DNA of 64,000 nt from Nitrospinaceae bacterium. GTDB lineage: Bacteria > Nitrospinota > Nitrospinia > Nitrospinales > Nitrospinaceae. The position numbers and the translations under genes are program-made. Positions 1 to 10,040 of this stretch are shown here, in pieces (the stretch's first letter is position 1; each line of letters starts with the position of its first letter). The stretch lies in the NCBI GenBank assembly GCA_965223665.1, contig OZ245011.1, forward strand, positions 3,584,001 to 3,648,000. Direction: 5' to 3'. Below the pieces are notes generated by a model. That model was not told the DNA's origin, did no database searches, and worked only from the letters and a program-made list of their open reading frames with translations.

Positions 1-960
1 CCAATGGACTGCTTCTTTGAGGGCTAATTCAACCGGTCTTTGGGGTAAACCTAATTCCCTTACGGCTTTGGAAGCATCAAAATACATGTGATATTTTGCC
101 ATTTTTACACCGTCAAGAGGGACAGCAGGGGGAGTTTGAGTTAATCGGGAAACCACTTCACAAAACCAGCCTGCGGTATAAGCAATGAAGTATGGCATTT
201 TCACTGTAGGGGCGGGTAGACCAGAAATTTTTCCCAATGCATCCAATATTTCTTTTAAGGACATATTCTCATTGCCCAGAATATAGCGTTCTCCGACTTT
301 ACCTTTTTTTTCTGCCAATAAATGGCCACGAGCACAATCATCAACATGTATTAAATTTAAACCAGTATCTAAAAAAGCAGGCATTTTACGGTTCAAAAAG
401 TCTTGAATCAGTTTTCCCGTTGGGGTGGGTTTAATGTCACGAGGGCCTACGGGAGTGCTAGGATTGACTATCACCACCGGTAATCCATTTTTACTGAAGT
501 CAAGAGCAACCTGCTCAGCTTGAAATTTGGACAGTTTATAATCGTTACATAAAATTGAAGGGTTCAAAGGAGTATCTTCATTTGAAGGTGTACTATCTGG
601 ATTCAACCCAATGCAACCCACTGTGCTGGTATAAATTACTTTTGAAATATTGGATTCTTGCGCTGCTTGTAAGACATTTCGAGTTCCACCAACGTTGATA
701 TCAAACATTAACTGCTTATCTTGGCTCCACAGGCTGTAAAAAGCCGCACAGTGATAAAGGGTGAGACAGCCTTTTAGAGCACTTCTAAGGGATTCTGGGT
801 CTCGTAGATCGCCAAAGGAGACTTCAATATCCAATCCCTCGATGTTTGATAAATCGGCACCTTTCCGGACCAAAACTCTCACCGACCGATTATCTTTTAA
901 CAATTCACGGACAATAGCGGATCCCAAAAAACCCGTTGATCCTGTAACTAGAGTTTTCAT
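1..960 (-). CDS. hpnA: Hopanoid-associated sugar epimerase / NAD-dependent epimerase-dehydratase (3' end runs off window)
   Basis: Not in ORF track; translated by hand from ATG at 960: MKTLVTGSTGFLGSAIVRELL (GxxGxxG), YKLSK (YxxxK), NPSTPVGPRDIKPTPTG typical of HpnA. Confidence 0.85.
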   Translation of the reverse strand, partial: MKTLVTGSTGFLGSAIVRELLKDNRSVRVLVRKGADLSNIEGLDIEVSFGDLRDPESLRSALKGCLTLYHCAAFYSLWSQDKQLMFDINVGGTRNVLQAAQESNISKVIYTSTVGCIGLNPDSTPSNEDTPLNPSILCNDYKLSKFQAEQVALDFSKNGLPVVIVNPSTPVGPRDIKPTPTGKLIQDFLNRKMPAFLDTGLNLIHVDDCARGHLLAEKKGKVGERYILGNENMSLKEILDALGKISGLPAPTVKMPYFIAYTAGWFCEVVSRLTQTPPAVPLDGVKMAKYHMYFDASKAVRELGLPQRPVELALKEAVHW

Positions 961-1064
961 ATTTAATAAAAGAGGTGTTGTTGCGGAAATGGTAACAACG
1001 AAATTTTCATTTTAAGGATTTAAGAGTGAAAACAAATTCCAAATTTTGAAGGTTTTTGGAGGAC

Positions 1065-2144
1065 TTATTGATAAAAAATTTCTATATTTGCTTCTTTTCT
1101 TAGCGTCTTTAATTGTTCTTCCCGCTTATTTGCAACGGCCTTTTTAAAAAGAATATTCAGTATGTCTGCTTTAACCTGGTCGAACTCTACCAAGCTTTCT
1201 GGAATTTTTTCTTTAAGTTTCAATATGTGATATCCATAGGAAGTTCTAACAATATCACTGGTTTCTCCGGATCTCATATTTACCATTACCTTGGCCATTT
1301 CGGGAAATACATCTTCAGGAGTAACAGATCCTAATAATCCACCATTTTTCCCGGACCGATCATCCTCAGATAGTTCCTTGGCCAAGGCTTCAAAATCACT
1401 CCCTTCCTTTAATTGAGCCTTAATCTTTTCAATTTTGGTTTTGGCATCCTCATCCATCAAGGCGTGAAAGGATTCCGCCTTTTTTCGTAGATCCGGGTCT
1501 TTTGGGAGTTCTTCGGGTTGTGGTTTTACCGAAACGACAAAAATATGATAAAGCGTAAACTTCTCTGGTTGTTGAAATTGGCTCGAATTTTTTTCATAAA
1601 ACTCTTTTGCTTCATTATCACTAACATTAACATTAGGGGCTACCTGTTTGCGTATATACTCTTCCTCAGCCAGCTGTCGCTCTAAACTTCTTCTTAATAG
1701 TGGAATATTTAAACCCTGTGCTTTGAGGGCAATTTGGAACATTTCTTCTGATGGAAATTGCTGAGTAATTTTTTGAATTTCATCGTCGATGTTTTTAGGT
1801 TCAATCTGAATTTTCATTTTTTGAGTTTCCTGAAAAACGAGTTCTTGATCGACCATTTTTGACAATGCTTCCTTGGCAAACTTGGCTTCTTCTTGTGAAG
1901 TGATTGCGTGACCGCGTTGGCTGGAAACTATACGATAGGTTTGCAGTTGATTTTTTAAAACGGCAGAATCGAGGTTTTTCCCATTAACTGTAGCAACTAC
2001 TTTCGGAACGGATTGACCATTTATAGAAAATGATTCTCCTGAGTCTGCAAATGCAAAAACGGGCAATGCAAATATTATCATCAATAAGTTAACTAGTCTC
2101 ACTGTCAAAACAACAACAGAAGAAACCCTTTTTTGAAAATCCAT
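1065..2144 (-). CDS. SurA/PrsA-like PpiC-type peptidyl-prolyl isomerase, exported
   Basis: Signal peptide, VATVNG SurA-N start, FEALAKELSED..GGLLG, SYGYHILKL rotamase motifs. Confidence 0.85.
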   Translation of the reverse strand: MDFQKRVSSVVVLTVRLVNLLMIIFALPVFAFADSGESFSINGQSVPKVVATVNGKNLDSAVLKNQLQTYRIVSSQRGHAITSQEEAKFAKEALSKMVDQELVFQETQKMKIQIEPKNIDDEIQKITQQFPSEEMFQIALKAQGLNIPLLRRSLERQLAEEEYIRKQVAPNVNVSDNEAKEFYEKNSSQFQQPEKFTLYHIFVVSVKPQPEELPKDPDLRKKAESFHALMDEDAKTKIEKIKAQLKEGSDFEALAKELSEDDRSGKNGGLLGSVTPEDVFPEMAKVMVNMRSGETSDIVRTSYGYHILKLKEKIPESLVEFDQVKADILNILFKKAVANKREEQLKTLRKEANIEIFYQ

Positions 2145-2164
2145 CTAGGTTTTGCCTCCTTAAT

Positions 2165-2662
2165 TTATTGAGGGGGAGCAGGTAAAATTGAATTATACCA
2201 CTTTCCCCATTGAACGGAGGAGACATGGTGTTTAAAGCTTGGATAGGGTTCGTACCAAGCCAAATAATCTCCTGAATATCCTTTTAACCCTTTGTTGAAA
2301 GTCCATTGCTTGGGAGCAAACTGATCTATGTCTTCGATTATTACCGGAGAGTCGTCTTTTTTGTAAACGATTAAATAACCCTGGTTTTTTTCATGATTAT
2401 CCTGTCCGAATATCGTGACAGTAGTACCTGCTTTTCCTAACAAATGCATGTAATAAAAGCCAGTTTGGGAATGTAAGTTATAAGTAGTCAGGTCTTTCAG
2501 ATTTTTGTTTTCAGCTACCGAGAAAAGGTCAGTGCAAGGTTCACAAGGTCCCAATAAAAAAGGGTCTCTTTTAAATAGTTGCAGTTCAGCCTGATTATTG
2601 GCAAATGAGGGAGGAATAAAGAAAAGTATAAAAATTGAGGAAAGCACAAATTGTCTAGTCAT
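2165..2662 (-). CDS. Exported hypothetical protein
   Basis: 165-aa ORF with signal peptide and AGGAG RBS; CEPC motif; no family recognised. Confidence 0.7.
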   Translation of the reverse strand: MTRQFVLSSIFILFFIPPSFANNQAELQLFKRDPFLLGPCEPCTDLFSVAENKNLKDLTTYNLHSQTGFYYMHLLGKAGTTVTIFGQDNHEKNQGYLIVYKKDDSPVIIEDIDQFAPKQWTFNKGLKGYSGDYLAWYEPYPSFKHHVSSVQWGKWYNSILPAPPQ

Positions 2663-2767
2663 TTTGCTTTCTCCTTTAAGAAGTTAGTTTATAGAGTTGG
2701 TATCTCTTAATAACAACCATTATATGATGAGTCAAAGGAGAGAAACAATAAGGAGAGGTAAAAAGAC

Positions 2768-2801
2768 AAAAAAAACCGGAGCGGGGAAACCCCCGCTCCG
2801 G
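2768..2801 (-). terminator. Intrinsic terminator of porin gene
   Basis: CCGGAGCGGGG/CCCCGCTCCGG 11-bp stem followed by T-run on minus strand. Confidence 0.85.
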
Positions 2802-2822
2802 AATAATTCTAAGTAAGAAATA

Positions 2823-4271
2823 TTAGAACTTAACAGTGAACATAACCCATGCCCAATCAGCATCTTGATTGTTTGGGTCGGCTGATCCACCACCAATATC
2901 AAAGCCACTCACTGCATAAAATAACTCGTTGGCAAAATAACGAGAATAACCAGCACTGATTGTAGTGTTGGCACTGTATTTGTAAACAGCGATTAAATCC
3001 AACTCATGGCCTAATGTTTGACCCGTAGATCCACCGAATGGACCAGCGGCAGCACCTATGGTAGCAGCTAATCCTGCATTTGCACTGTCACCTAAATCAG
3101 CGGCGGTTTGGAATAAATGCCAATGTGCTTTTAAGGTCAAGTTAGCCATAGGTTTAATAGACCCTTTAATGGCCCAGTCAATCAATCCTAAGAAAGCAGT
3201 GTTAGCTCCGGCAGGATTCAAATAAGTATCAATTAAACCGTAGAACTTATGGCCAGTATCAAATAGGGTATTAAAAGTTTTATTTGCACCTGCTGTACGG
3301 TCAGCTGCATCGGAACCTGAGAGGTAATCCCACCATAGGGTAATGTTTGGGGACCACATAACACTGGTAAAGGTTTTGCCTACACGAATACCAATTAAAT
3401 AGGCGCTTCGACCTGAACTTCCTGCTGGTGCAAATAGGGAACTGTTACCAAACTGGTAGTAAAATTCACCACGGTAGTCTATTCCTGCAACTTGACCTGC
3501 TTGGCGTACACCTATGGTCCAAATGTCATTATCTGCAACTGGTGGCCCGCCTGCAGTAGTTTGAGTAACATTTCCGGCAGCCCCATTGTCAATATCTGAA
3601 TAAACGAAATATAAGGAAGTAGATGAATTAGCTCCTGGAACAAGCCCTTGAAAATTAGCGAAAACAATCCAATTGGTGAAATCATTATTGTCATTTAACG
3701 ATGTTCCATTAAATGCACCTGGACCTTGACGCGCATTATCTACAGATTTGGAATAAATGGCATGAATAGTATGATTGCCATGTTTATGGGTCAACATAAC
3801 TAAATCATGAGATTGACCACCCTGTGTCCAAATGGTATTACCGAATAATCGATGTCCATCCAGAACCACTTCTTTTCTACCTACTAAAACGTCAATAGGC
3901 ATCCCAAAAAAATCCTTCAACAACATGTAAACCTGATGGAATCCCACATCGTTGGTAATTGAATTTGCTGATGTAGGGTTATGGTCAGTCGGATTAGCTG
4001 GCGTTGCTAACCCTGAACCAAACCGATGGTTGGATTGTAGTTGAAAAAATGCGTGAGTTTTGGAATCAACTTCAACTTTGGCATTGAGCCGCGCCCGCAC
4101 ATTAATAAAAGTAGACGCGTTAGAAGTAGTGTTAAAACCTCTTTGTTCCCAGAGTTCCCAACGGGGGCGAACTAAACCGCCAAATGTTACGTTTGCCGCT
4201 TGCGCTACAACGGTTCCTACCATTAGGAAGGAAACCACGGCCGCGACCACGGTAAAAAATCTCCTCTTCAT
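2823..4271 (-). CDS. Alginate-export-family outer membrane beta-barrel porin
   Basis: Start MKRRFF after GGAGG; signal peptide; GRKEVVLDGHRLFG, TFNTLFDTGHKFYG, LGHELDL motifs; terminal Phe. Confidence 0.85.
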   Translation of the reverse strand: MKRRFFTVVAAVVSFLMVGTVVAQAANVTFGGLVRPRWELWEQRGFNTTSNASTFINVRARLNAKVEVDSKTHAFFQLQSNHRFGSGLATPANPTDHNPTSANSITNDVGFHQVYMLLKDFFGMPIDVLVGRKEVVLDGHRLFGNTIWTQGGQSHDLVMLTHKHGNHTIHAIYSKSVDNARQGPGAFNGTSLNDNNDFTNWIVFANFQGLVPGANSSTSLYFVYSDIDNGAAGNVTQTTAGGPPVADNDIWTIGVRQAGQVAGIDYRGEFYYQFGNSSLFAPAGSSGRSAYLIGIRVGKTFTSVMWSPNITLWWDYLSGSDAADRTAGANKTFNTLFDTGHKFYGLIDTYLNPAGANTAFLGLIDWAIKGSIKPMANLTLKAHWHLFQTAADLGDSANAGLAATIGAAAGPFGGSTGQTLGHELDLIAVYKYSANTTISAGYSRYFANELFYAVSGFDIGGGSADPNNQDADWAWVMFTVKF

Positions 4272-4426
4272 GCTTACCTCCTCCAATAATTCTAGATTAA
4301 ACTAACAAATTGCCAATTATTATATACCTAAAACTAATAAAATCAATAGCTTATTGCAGAATTTTTAAGAAAATAGGGCAGGATTGCGTTTGGCCCTCCT
4401 CCAAACTCCCTATTGGCTCAAGGGAT

Positions 4427-6271
4427 TTACCAAAAATAGGTAAAAATCGTCGTTAATTTTTTTCCTTTAAAAATACCACCAGCATCACTAACAGATGCTA
4501 AATGAAGCTTTTTAGAGTTTTCAGAATCCTGTAATAAAAAAGCGGCTAAATAGCCTTTTTGTTTTTTTGTTTCGTGAATTCTTTCTAAACCATCAGGATT
4601 AACGCTTAACACCACCAGACTACAGTTATTAATCACCACCAGACTGGATAATAAGGAGCCTCCAAACCGGTGATTTTTAGGGAGCAAAAGGAACTTTTGA
4701 TCCTGGTGGCGGGCTAATAGAATCCTTCCTTTAAAGCCAACAGGCTGGGGCTCATCGGGATGGTTGAAAGTGCCATCTACTTGATCCTTAATGGCTACAT
4801 TTATCATCCGCGGGTCATGCCCAAAATACTCGTCGGACTTTACAAGAAGCCTACCGCGGGAAGAATATACCCGCAACTTATAATCCTTGTCAAGCATTAT
4901 TATTTCAGGTCCTGGTTTTGGGTCTAAGTTACTCAAATTTAAACCGTAAACGTTAAAATCGACTCCTCGAATTTTAGGTAAAGGAAGCTCCTTATCCAGA
5001 GAGAATTTTTTGTCCTTATTTTTTACAAGGAACAGTCCTTTTCGGAAGGGGCCATCCATATTCGGCTTTTGAGCAATGAGTTTGGGAGGGCTATCCAAAG
5101 GACGCAACACGCGGAAATACAAATTAACTTCCTTCCATATCATAGAAAGTTTGCTTTGGCCGGGTAGAATTTCCAAAACAAATGAGCTTAATCTTTCGCT
5201 AACATCGTTGGTAACAAAAACTTCGGCTCTTCCATTTTTATTTATATCAGCAACATCTACAGACAAAAAGTTGTTGATTACGGGTTGAAAAACTTTTTGG
5301 CCAATTTTTCGAAATCGATTATTCTCAAAAGCGTAGATCATTACTCTATGATCATCAATAAATACAAAATCTTCTTTACCATCTCCGTTCAGGTCGCCCG
5401 AGTCCATATCAACTAACTCGAAATCAAACTCTTGTTTTGCCAAAAATTTAAAAAATTTATCTTTGGTTCTGAGATCTGTTTGAACACTTTGATCTCTTTT
5501 TGGAGTCGGTTCGAAATCTTTTGGAATGTCTGTTAAGACTTTTGCTTGTTTGGTGATAGTGCTGTCTTTTGTGGAAATTAATTTGTAAGAAAGCGCGGCT
5601 TTGTTTTTGATTTTTTCTATATTTGAAAAAAGAATGTAATCAGGATTGATTTCTCTTTTTAATTGAGACATAGCACTGGGATGTTCAAGGTCTCTGATGC
5701 TAATTCCTTTTTCCAACATCCAAAGTTCTAAATCAAAAGGTAACGCTTGGAGCCTGGGACTCTGGTCTAACAAGGATTCAATTTCTAATCCCAGTCCCTT
5801 AGTATTGATATTTTCATTTTTTCGGCTCTGAATGGGCGCAACGAGAATTTTGATTTTTTTAAATTGACTACGAACAACATCGCCCTTTAAAGGGGTTTGT
5901 TTGGAAGATAGAACTTTGGCTAGGGAGTAATCTCTGCGAATTTCCAAAACCTCAACTTGGCCAATATCAATTTCTTTTTTACCAATTACCTTCTTGGTGA
6001 CAGGGTGGGTTAAGGGTTTACCATAGCGAATTACTTTTAGTTGATCTTTAGGATTTATGGTTTGACCCTGGTTAAGGTCAATGGTCAAAATGTCTCCATC
6101 AACCGAGAGAACATATCCTTCTAAGTATGGAAATAAGGATTCAATTTGTTTTACCATCCGGGATAAATTAGCTTTCGTGGTATGGGACCCTTGTGCAGAA
6201 GACAGGGAGGTTACAAATAAAATAGAAAATATTATTAAGCACAAGGTAAAAAAAAGTGGTTTGGTTTTCAT
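4427..6271 (-). CDS. Exported protein with FG-GAP/VCBS-like repeats
   Basis: Signal peptide; GDLNGDGKEDF and ADINKNGRAEV Ca-binding-type repeats. Confidence 0.7.
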   Translation of the reverse strand: MKTKPLFFTLCLIIFSILFVTSLSSAQGSHTTKANLSRMVKQIESLFPYLEGYVLSVDGDILTIDLNQGQTINPKDQLKVIRYGKPLTHPVTKKVIGKKEIDIGQVEVLEIRRDYSLAKVLSSKQTPLKGDVVRSQFKKIKILVAPIQSRKNENINTKGLGLEIESLLDQSPRLQALPFDLELWMLEKGISIRDLEHPSAMSQLKREINPDYILFSNIEKIKNKAALSYKLISTKDSTITKQAKVLTDIPKDFEPTPKRDQSVQTDLRTKDKFFKFLAKQEFDFELVDMDSGDLNGDGKEDFVFIDDHRVMIYAFENNRFRKIGQKVFQPVINNFLSVDVADINKNGRAEVFVTNDVSERLSSFVLEILPGQSKLSMIWKEVNLYFRVLRPLDSPPKLIAQKPNMDGPFRKGLFLVKNKDKKFSLDKELPLPKIRGVDFNVYGLNLSNLDPKPGPEIIMLDKDYKLRVYSSRGRLLVKSDEYFGHDPRMINVAIKDQVDGTFNHPDEPQPVGFKGRILLARHQDQKFLLLPKNHRFGGSLLSSLVVINNCSLVVLSVNPDGLERIHETKKQKGYLAAFLLQDSENSKKLHLASVSDAGGIFKGKKLTTIFTYFW

Positions 6272-6291
6272 ACTGGAATGAATAAGTTTTA

Positions 6292-7506
6292 TTAAGTATT
6301 CAATAATTGGACTGTAACTTTTTCCCCGTTCTGAATTTCTTCTTTTTCCAGGGGAAAAACTAACAACCCATTTGCATATACAGTAGATTTTAACACGCCA
6401 GAACCTTGCTCTTGAGCTGGAGTGACAATATATTCTCCATTATCCCATGAAACTATAGAGCTAAGAAAGTGGAGGCGTCCAGGTTTTTTGCGGATGGTGC
6501 GGGTGAGTTGGGCTTGTACAGTCCTGGGTTCCAAGTTCGATGCGTGCATCATTTTCTTAAGGGAAGGGCGAACAAATTGTTCAAAGGAAACAAACGAAGA
6601 AACCGGATTCCCGGGTAGGCCAAAGATGGGGGTTTCACCAATTTTCCCAAAGGCTAAAGGTTTGCCAGGCTTCATAGCCACTTTCCAAAAAACCATATCA
6701 TTTCCCATTTTCTTTAAGCTGGCTTTAACCAGATCATAATCACCTACAGAAACTCCCCCGGAAGAAACGATGACATCGCATTGTAAAGCCCATTCAAATT
6801 TTTGCATTAGGTCTGCCTCATCGTCGGAAGCAATTCCCAGGTAGCTCGGAATTCCTCCAGCGGATTTTACTTGAGCGGAAAGCATGTGACCATTACTGTT
6901 ATAAATGCATGGTCCCTGGGGTTGTTCATCCAGTTCAGCAAGTTCATCTCCTGTGGATAAAATGGCAACAGTTGGCCTTTGACCAACAAACACATGAGAG
7001 CGGCCACATACAGCCATCATTCCAATATGAGAAGGCGTTATCGTTACCCCTTTTTCAATGACAGTCTCGCCTTCCTTAACATCCTCTCCAGCCAAACGAA
7101 TATTTTCACCTTCTTCGGCTTTATCTTTTGCAAGAATAAATTGGCCATTTTTTTCTGTATCTTCTTGCATGAGTACTGCATTGGCGCCGGGGGGTATGGG
7201 AGCACCCGTCATGATGCGAATGGTTTGCATTGACTGCAGTTGTTTTTGCGCGATTTCACCCGCCGCAACATTTTCCACTACTTCTAACTTTACTGGATTT
7301 TCCGGGGTCGCTGATTCAATGTCTTTTGCAATTACGGCGTACCCATCCATAGCGGAATTGTCCATAGGAGGATTGGCTCGACGAGCTTTTATGTCCTCGG
7401 CTAAAACTCGATATAGAGCCCTGTCCAAGGGAACTTTTTCAACTCCTTTGGGTTCAATTTTGGATAAAATAGTTTTCAAGGCCTCATCAACCGTAATCAA
7501 TCCCAT
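6292..7506 (-). CDS. moeA: Molybdopterin molybdotransferase
   Basis: SAMDGYA, IMTGAPIP, STGDEL, SGGVSVGDYD, KPGKP, GLPGNPVS. Confidence 0.95.
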   Translation of the reverse strand: MGLITVDEALKTILSKIEPKGVEKVPLDRALYRVLAEDIKARRANPPMDNSAMDGYAVIAKDIESATPENPVKLEVVENVAAGEIAQKQLQSMQTIRIMTGAPIPPGANAVLMQEDTEKNGQFILAKDKAEEGENIRLAGEDVKEGETVIEKGVTITPSHIGMMAVCGRSHVFVGQRPTVAILSTGDELAELDEQPQGPCIYNSNGHMLSAQVKSAGGIPSYLGIASDDEADLMQKFEWALQCDVIVSSGGVSVGDYDLVKASLKKMGNDMVFWKVAMKPGKPLAFGKIGETPIFGLPGNPVSSFVSFEQFVRPSLKKMMHASNLEPRTVQAQLTRTIRKKPGRLHFLSSIVSWDNGEYIVTPAQEQGSGVLKSTVYANGLLVFPLEKEEIQNGEKVTVQLLNT

Positions 7507-7511
7507 TCTAG

Positions 7512-8630
7512 TTAAACCTCCTGTTCTCGTTTTGCTTGGGCAATTTTATATTCTTCCGGGGTGTTTACATTTGTAAAGTTTTCCCGAAGTCCTTCCGGTA
7601 CAGTTACACGTTTGAACGCTAAGTCGGAAATAATTCGGGAAAGGGACAACTCCCGACGCGACATGGCTTCAAAAAGAGGCAAAATAAATTTGGGTTCGTA
7701 GATTGCGCACATGGGTTCCACGCCCAAACGTCCTTTTTTTAAGAAACAAGTTCCATAACGAAAAGGGTCGCGTTGCTCAATAATATATTGGACGTTATTT
7801 CCATCTAAAAAGGGCATATCACAGGCAGCAATTAACCAAGCTTTATCAGGGAATTTTCCCATTAAGGTCGCTAGACCTCCTACAGGCCCCAAACCGTAAT
7901 GCTCATCATTGATACGTTCGCACTGAATGGATAAAGGTTCCAAATCCTGCTCCGGTCTGGCCGAAATGAAAACTTCTTCACAATATTTATTTAAAAGATT
8001 GACCATACGTTCAGATTCGTTCTGACCATTGTAGGAAAGTGTAAATTTTGGGCGACCCATTCGTCGACTCTGCCCTCCAACAAAAACTCCACCGTATAAA
8101 GGGGAAGTTTTGTTATAGAAATATTGTTTTACAAAGTCATAAATTTTGGTGACTTCATCTCTATGAAAATGAGGTACGCCTGCTTCGATCAATTTTTTAT
8201 TATCCACTACGCCTTGGTGAATGATGGCTTGAATTCCCTTTTGGTCATCTGGAATGGGTAGTTTTCCATTGGCATCCAAAAAAACGATTTTATCAAAAGG
8301 GGATTGTTTGTAACCTTCGATAAGGATGCAATCGCATTGCTCCAGGGCATGGGTGATAGTTCTTTTTTTAAAAGGGTTTTCAGCAACCACTGCAAAATGG
8401 GCGGGATCATTAATAGTTACGACACCCGCTCCTGCTTGAGAGCCTCTGAAAGTATCCTTACCTTCTTTATCTATTTGAAAGCGATGGGCGTCATGTTTGT
8501 AATAGCCCACACGAATTTGATCCGCTTTGAACAATTTTATTAAATGTTCCAAAATTGTCGTTTTACCTACTCCTGAAAAACCGGCAAAGCATAAGAAAGG
8601 AGTTTTAAAACGCTCCCAATATCTATCCAT
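7512..8630 (-). CDS. mobAB: MobB-MobA fusion (molybdopterin-guanine dinucleotide biosynthesis)
   Basis: N-terminal GFSGVGKTT, KHDAH, EGKDT, IEGYK (MobB); C-terminal GGQSRRMG..K, GPVGG, ACDMPF, NVNTPEE (MobA). Confidence 0.9.
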   Translation of the reverse strand: MDRYWERFKTPFLCFAGFSGVGKTTILEHLIKLFKADQIRVGYYKHDAHRFQIDKEGKDTFRGSQAGAGVVTINDPAHFAVVAENPFKKRTITHALEQCDCILIEGYKQSPFDKIVFLDANGKLPIPDDQKGIQAIIHQGVVDNKKLIEAGVPHFHRDEVTKIYDFVKQYFYNKTSPLYGGVFVGGQSRRMGRPKFTLSYNGQNESERMVNLLNKYCEEVFISARPEQDLEPLSIQCERINDEHYGLGPVGGLATLMGKFPDKAWLIAACDMPFLDGNNVQYIIEQRDPFRYGTCFLKKGRLGVEPMCAIYEPKFILPLFEAMSRRELSLSRIISDLAFKRVTVPEGLRENFTNVNTPEEYKIAQAKREQEV

Positions 8631-8787
8631 GGCAAATATATGTTTTAGAAATAATTAGTTTTCTGAATGATTTTTTTCAAAGAAAACAAGTTAACTTATT
8701 AAATTTTCAAGAATTATTTGTATTATTTCTAATAAGGCCTAGGGTGTCAATAAAATTTACTTTAACCAAACCTTTCCCTAATGCAAC

Positions 8788-8826
8788 GTTGTAAAATTCA
8801 TTGCAATACCTTTTTGCAATACCTTT
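8788..8826. promoter_or_regulatory. Putative activator binding site upstream of nirK
   Basis: GTTGTAA-N6-TTGCAA plus tandem TTGCAATACCTTT x2 (8801-8826); matches palindrome at 11422-11451. Confidence 0.5.
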
Positions 8827-8913
8827 TAATTCGATCCAATAAACCTCTCATTCGGGTAGAGGCCCAACGCCAATAAAAATAGAGTGTTTCTAAGTTTTAT
8901 CTGTGATGTGAAA

Positions 8914-8930
8914 TAGGTATGAAAATTGAA
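8914..8930 (+). promoter_or_regulatory. Possible sigma54 -24/-12 promoter of nirK (variant)
   Basis: TAGGTATGAAAATTGAA = GG-N10-GA; canonical is GG-N10-GC. Confidence 0.35.
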
Positions 8931-8963
8931 ATAGATATTGTTTTTTTTGGGGAGAATTTTTGA

Positions 8964-9938
8964 ATGAATTTAAGACGTCTGATGATTGGAATTATAGGTT
9001 TTTCATTTTTTTGGGTAAACTCTCTTTATGCGGACTCAGTTTCTTTGACTACGGCTCCAAATGTTCCTCCTCCTCTGAGCCGTTCAGAAGCTAAGACCGT
9101 TGTTATTAAGTTTGAAGCCAAAGAATTTGAGGGCGAGATTGAAGAGGGAGTAAAATATCAATTTTGGAGCTATAATGGGACGGTTCCTGGACCAATGGCA
9201 CGCGTTCGGGTGGGAGACACCGTTGAATTTCACTTATCTAACCCAGAAAGTAATACTCAACCACATAATATAGATATCCATGCTGTAAATGGCCCTGGTG
9301 GGGGTGCGGCAGTCAGTACCGTTTCACCTGGTCAATCCAAGGTTTTTACTTTTAAAGCGCTTTCTCCGGGATTGTATATCTATCATTGCGCCGCAGGTTC
9401 TATCGTGGATCATATATCGAATGGAATGTATGGACTGGTTTTAGTGGAACCCCAAAAAGGCCTTCCCAAAGTTGACCGTGAATTTTATGTAATGCAAAGT
9501 GAGTTTTTTACGACTGAACCCAAAGATGGAGCGGCAGCATTTGATATTACCCGGGGATTAAATGAAAATCCAAGCTATGTTGTATTTAATGGTAAGAAAG
9601 ATGCGCTAATGGGAAAAAACGTTTTGAAGGCAAAAGTGGGAGAAACCATTCGGATGTATTTTGGAAATATTGGCCCTAATAGTGTTTCCTCATTTCATAT
9701 TATTGGAGAAATTTTTGACAAGGTTTTTGTTGAGGGTGGAATTGGCGGAACCATCAATACAGGAATTCAAACAACATTGGTACCATCGGCGGGTTCAACC
9801 ATAGTTGAGTTTAAAGTAGATGTTCCCGGAGCATATACTTTGGTGGATCATAGTATTTTCCGTGTTGCAAAAGGTGCCATTGGCCAATTAGTAGTTGAAG
9901 GAAAGGAAAATTCCGAGATTTATAAATCTGTAAAATAA
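8964..9938 (+). CDS. nirK: Copper-containing nitrite reductase (NO-forming)
   Basis: Signal peptide; HNIDIH, YHC, HISNGMYG, SSFHIIGEIFD, VDHS copper ligands and catalytic motifs all present. Confidence 0.95.
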   Translation: MNLRRLMIGIIGFSFFWVNSLYADSVSLTTAPNVPPPLSRSEAKTVVIKFEAKEFEGEIEEGVKYQFWSYNGTVPGPMARVRVGDTVEFHLSNPESNTQPHNIDIHAVNGPGGGAAVSTVSPGQSKVFTFKALSPGLYIYHCAAGSIVDHISNGMYGLVLVEPQKGLPKVDREFYVMQSEFFTTEPKDGAAAFDITRGLNENPSYVVFNGKKDALMGKNVLKAKVGETIRMYFGNIGPNSVSSFHIIGEIFDKVFVEGGIGGTINTGIQTTLVPSAGSTIVEFKVDVPGAYTLVDHSIFRVAKGAIGQLVVEGKENSEIYKSVK

Positions 9939-9976
9939 TAAATGGCTGCACGGGAAGCCCCTCCTTGTGCATGCCG

Positions 9977-10018
9977 GAGGAAGAGGCTTGGAATTTTCCA
10001 AGTCTCTTCTCTTTTTTT
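9977..10018 (+). terminator. Intrinsic terminator after nirK
   Basis: GAAGAGGCTTGGAA/TTCCAAGTCTCTTC stem plus T-run. Confidence 0.7.
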
Positions 10019-10040
10019 GGTTGGAATTAATTATTGGTTT

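Noticed and set aside
6422-7576. Plus-strand ORFs over moeA
   Set aside because: Antisense shadows without motifs; the same applies to those over dut, serA, phnC and the porin
8801-8826. CRISPR or VNTR interpretation of the 13-bp tandem repeat
   Set aside because: Only two adjacent copies, no spacers or cas genes; treated as a regulatory site
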